Assembly: GCF_006345805.1 (NCBI RefSeq)
Contig: NW_021832858.1
Location: forward strand, 31,614-95,613
DNA length: 64,000 nucleotides
Source of the DNA: Octopus sinensis
Lineage: Eukaryota
Direction: 5' to 3'
Part shown: piece by piece, positions 63,160 through 64,000 of the stretch
Layout: the number at the start of each line of letters is the position of its first letter
Position numbering within the stretch: the stretch's first letter is position 1
The notes under the pieces: model-generated
What the model saw: only the letters and a program-made list of their open reading frames with translations
Databases searched by the model: none
What the model was told of the DNA's origin: nothing
Made by a program: the position numbers and the translations under genes

Positions 63160-64000
63160 CTACAAAATAGACGGCATCAATTATAGGAAGGAAATTATAC
63201 ATTGGCTTATATACATACGTACTTTTGTACTGAGAGTTAGGACGCCACCTTGCGAGAGATAGACTGGTCCGAGTAAAGTATAAATAGTAACGATCCGAGT
63301 TAGTTCAGAGATCGGAGTTTGGAGTCAAGGGAAGTTCGTGATAGTTCGCAGTCAAATTGGAAGGTGTCGGTTGGTTAGTTCACAAGAAATATTTGTTAGA
63401 TGCAGCACGGACTTTGTCAGTGAACAGGTCGCGGATTTTAGCGACGAAAATATTTTGACAAATTAAACTTAAATGTTGGAGTGAATCGAACGGCTTTTGT
63501 GTGTTTCTTAAATGGCTTACAAACACCTTCCACGCTGCAATTGTTTTCGTTTCAGCACACGATCTCAGATCAAATTACTTGCTATGCGAGTACATCTCCG
63601 GAATATTTAATTGTTATTTCGTAAAGAGATTTGTTAGTGAAACTGTTGTTGCTATTGTCTAGTTATCTGGATCTCATGGGTGACAATTTCATATGAGATC
63701 GCTAGAAAAAACTGCCGTTCTTAAACCGAAAAGATCCCAAAAATAACACATTGGATAACGATATGCTACGTATAAGAAACGGAGACGGGATTTTGGATCT
63801 TTTCCGTTTGAACGGCACTTTTCAACACAATTTCTAGTTAACTAAACACTTTTAAACTTCGTATACTGGTAGAATGTGTTTATAAAACATCATTTTTTCT
63901 TGGCTTTATTGAGAAAATTCTATAGTTTTAAGATATTTGTTGTTTTTTTTTCTTCAATTTCTGCAATTTCAACCAATCAATGACGTCTATTGAGGAAAAA

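Overview
Eukaryotic, AT-rich, microsatellite- and SINE-dense DNA; the repeat landscape and protein similarities suggest a coleoid cephalopod, probably Octopus (inference). The main gene is a complete 13-exon DCTN2 (dynactin p50/dynamitin) on the + strand, CDS 12460-44062, 410 aa after manual splicing. A probable first coding exon of a divergent gene lies at 8040-7989 (-). A 5'-incomplete multi-exon gene on the - strand (63159-56258) ends in three 4-cysteine chitin-binding (CBM14-like) repeats. The rest is mobile DNA: at least four SINE families (one forming head-plus-n-body concatemers), non-autonomous Helitrons (one tandem array), piggyBac-type and other MITEs, CR1-group LINE 3' ends and two Penelope-like (GIY-YIG) ORF remnants. 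The most notable unannotated signal is a set of minimal type I hammerhead-ribozyme motifs in several sequence families. They have palindromic stem III and compensatory changes between families. One lies downstream of a Penelope ORF, and one pair is duplicated in cis in the sense strand of DCTN2 intron 1. Exon and ribozyme coordinates were indexed by hand; repeat boundaries are approximate.
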